A stretch of 64,000 nucleotides of DNA from Octopus vulgaris. Its lineage: Eukaryota. The notes beneath the pieces are model-generated. The model made no database searches, had not been told where the DNA came from, and saw only the letters and a program-made list of their open reading frames with translations. The position numbers and the translations under genes are program-made. Shown here one piece after another: positions 63,390-64,000 of the stretch. The stretch is taken from assembly GCA_951406725.2 (NCBI GenBank), contig OX597832.1:3968001-4032000 (forward strand). Reading direction: 5' to 3'. Position 1 is the first letter of the stretch. Every line of letters starts with the position of its first letter.

Positions 63390-63785
63390 CAGATGTCGCT
63401 GTGTGTTAAGAAGCTTCCTTCCCAACCACATGGTTCTGGGTTCAGTCCCACTGCGTGTCACCTACTATAGCCTTCGGCCGACCAAGGCCATGTCAGTTGA
63501 TTTGGTTGACAGAAGCTGAAAGAAGTCTGTTCTACATATATATATATATTTATGTGTTTGTATTTGTGTATGTGTTTTTTACTCCCCCCCCCCCCCCACA
63601 TCGCTTAGAAACTGATGTTGGTGTGTTTACATCCCCATAACTTAGCAATTCATTGGAAGATATCAATAGAATAAGCACTAGGCTTACAAAGAATATATCC
63701 AGGGGTCGATTTCTTCAACTAAAAGATGGTACTCCAGCATGGCCACACTCAAATGACTGAAACAAGTAACAGAGTAAAAGAGTAA
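63390..63785 (+). mobile_element. SINE family A
   Basis: Colinear with 47097-47495, with an internal deletion. Confidence 0.85.
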
Positions 63786-64000
63786 TATTTAATATATATA
63801 TATATTTATATATAAAATGTAACATAAACGCAATAGAGGACAATAAAACATTTGTTTTGAATTGGAGAAACCGGTGGATGGTATATGAAAAATATGGAAT
63901 AAAGTAATGAAAACTGATTTTTCCAAAAACTGAACGACACAAGCAAGATGTTAAATGACCAGAACATGTAGTAAACTCTTGTGCCAGAGAAAAACCCACC

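Overview
This is AT-rich, microsatellite-dense animal DNA, either intergenic or deep intronic. The SINE, RTE and microsatellite repertoire looks cephalopod (Octopus-like); that is an inference from recalled repeat families. I find no credible host protein-coding gene, and most listed ORFs are translated microsatellites. The window is a mosaic of mobile-element relics: three tRNA-derived SINE families, RTE, R4/Dong-type and CRE-type non-LTR fragments, Penelope-like (PLE) RT and GIY-YIG fragments, two mariner fragments, Helitrons (one apparently complete non-autonomous copy and one OTU+PIF1 remnant) and several MITEs. The most notable signal is about 15-17 minimal type-I hammerhead-ribozyme-like motifs from several unrelated short-element families, nearly all set in (TA)n or (AAT)n tracts. 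Several occur as head-to-head palindromic pairs (11.8-13.3 kb, 30.8-31.3 kb, 45.5-46.7 kb, possibly 4.8-5.3 kb). One family joins a tRNA-like Pol III head, an (AAT)n spacer and a hammerhead tail. All calls were made by eye, and boundaries are approximate unless termini are quoted.
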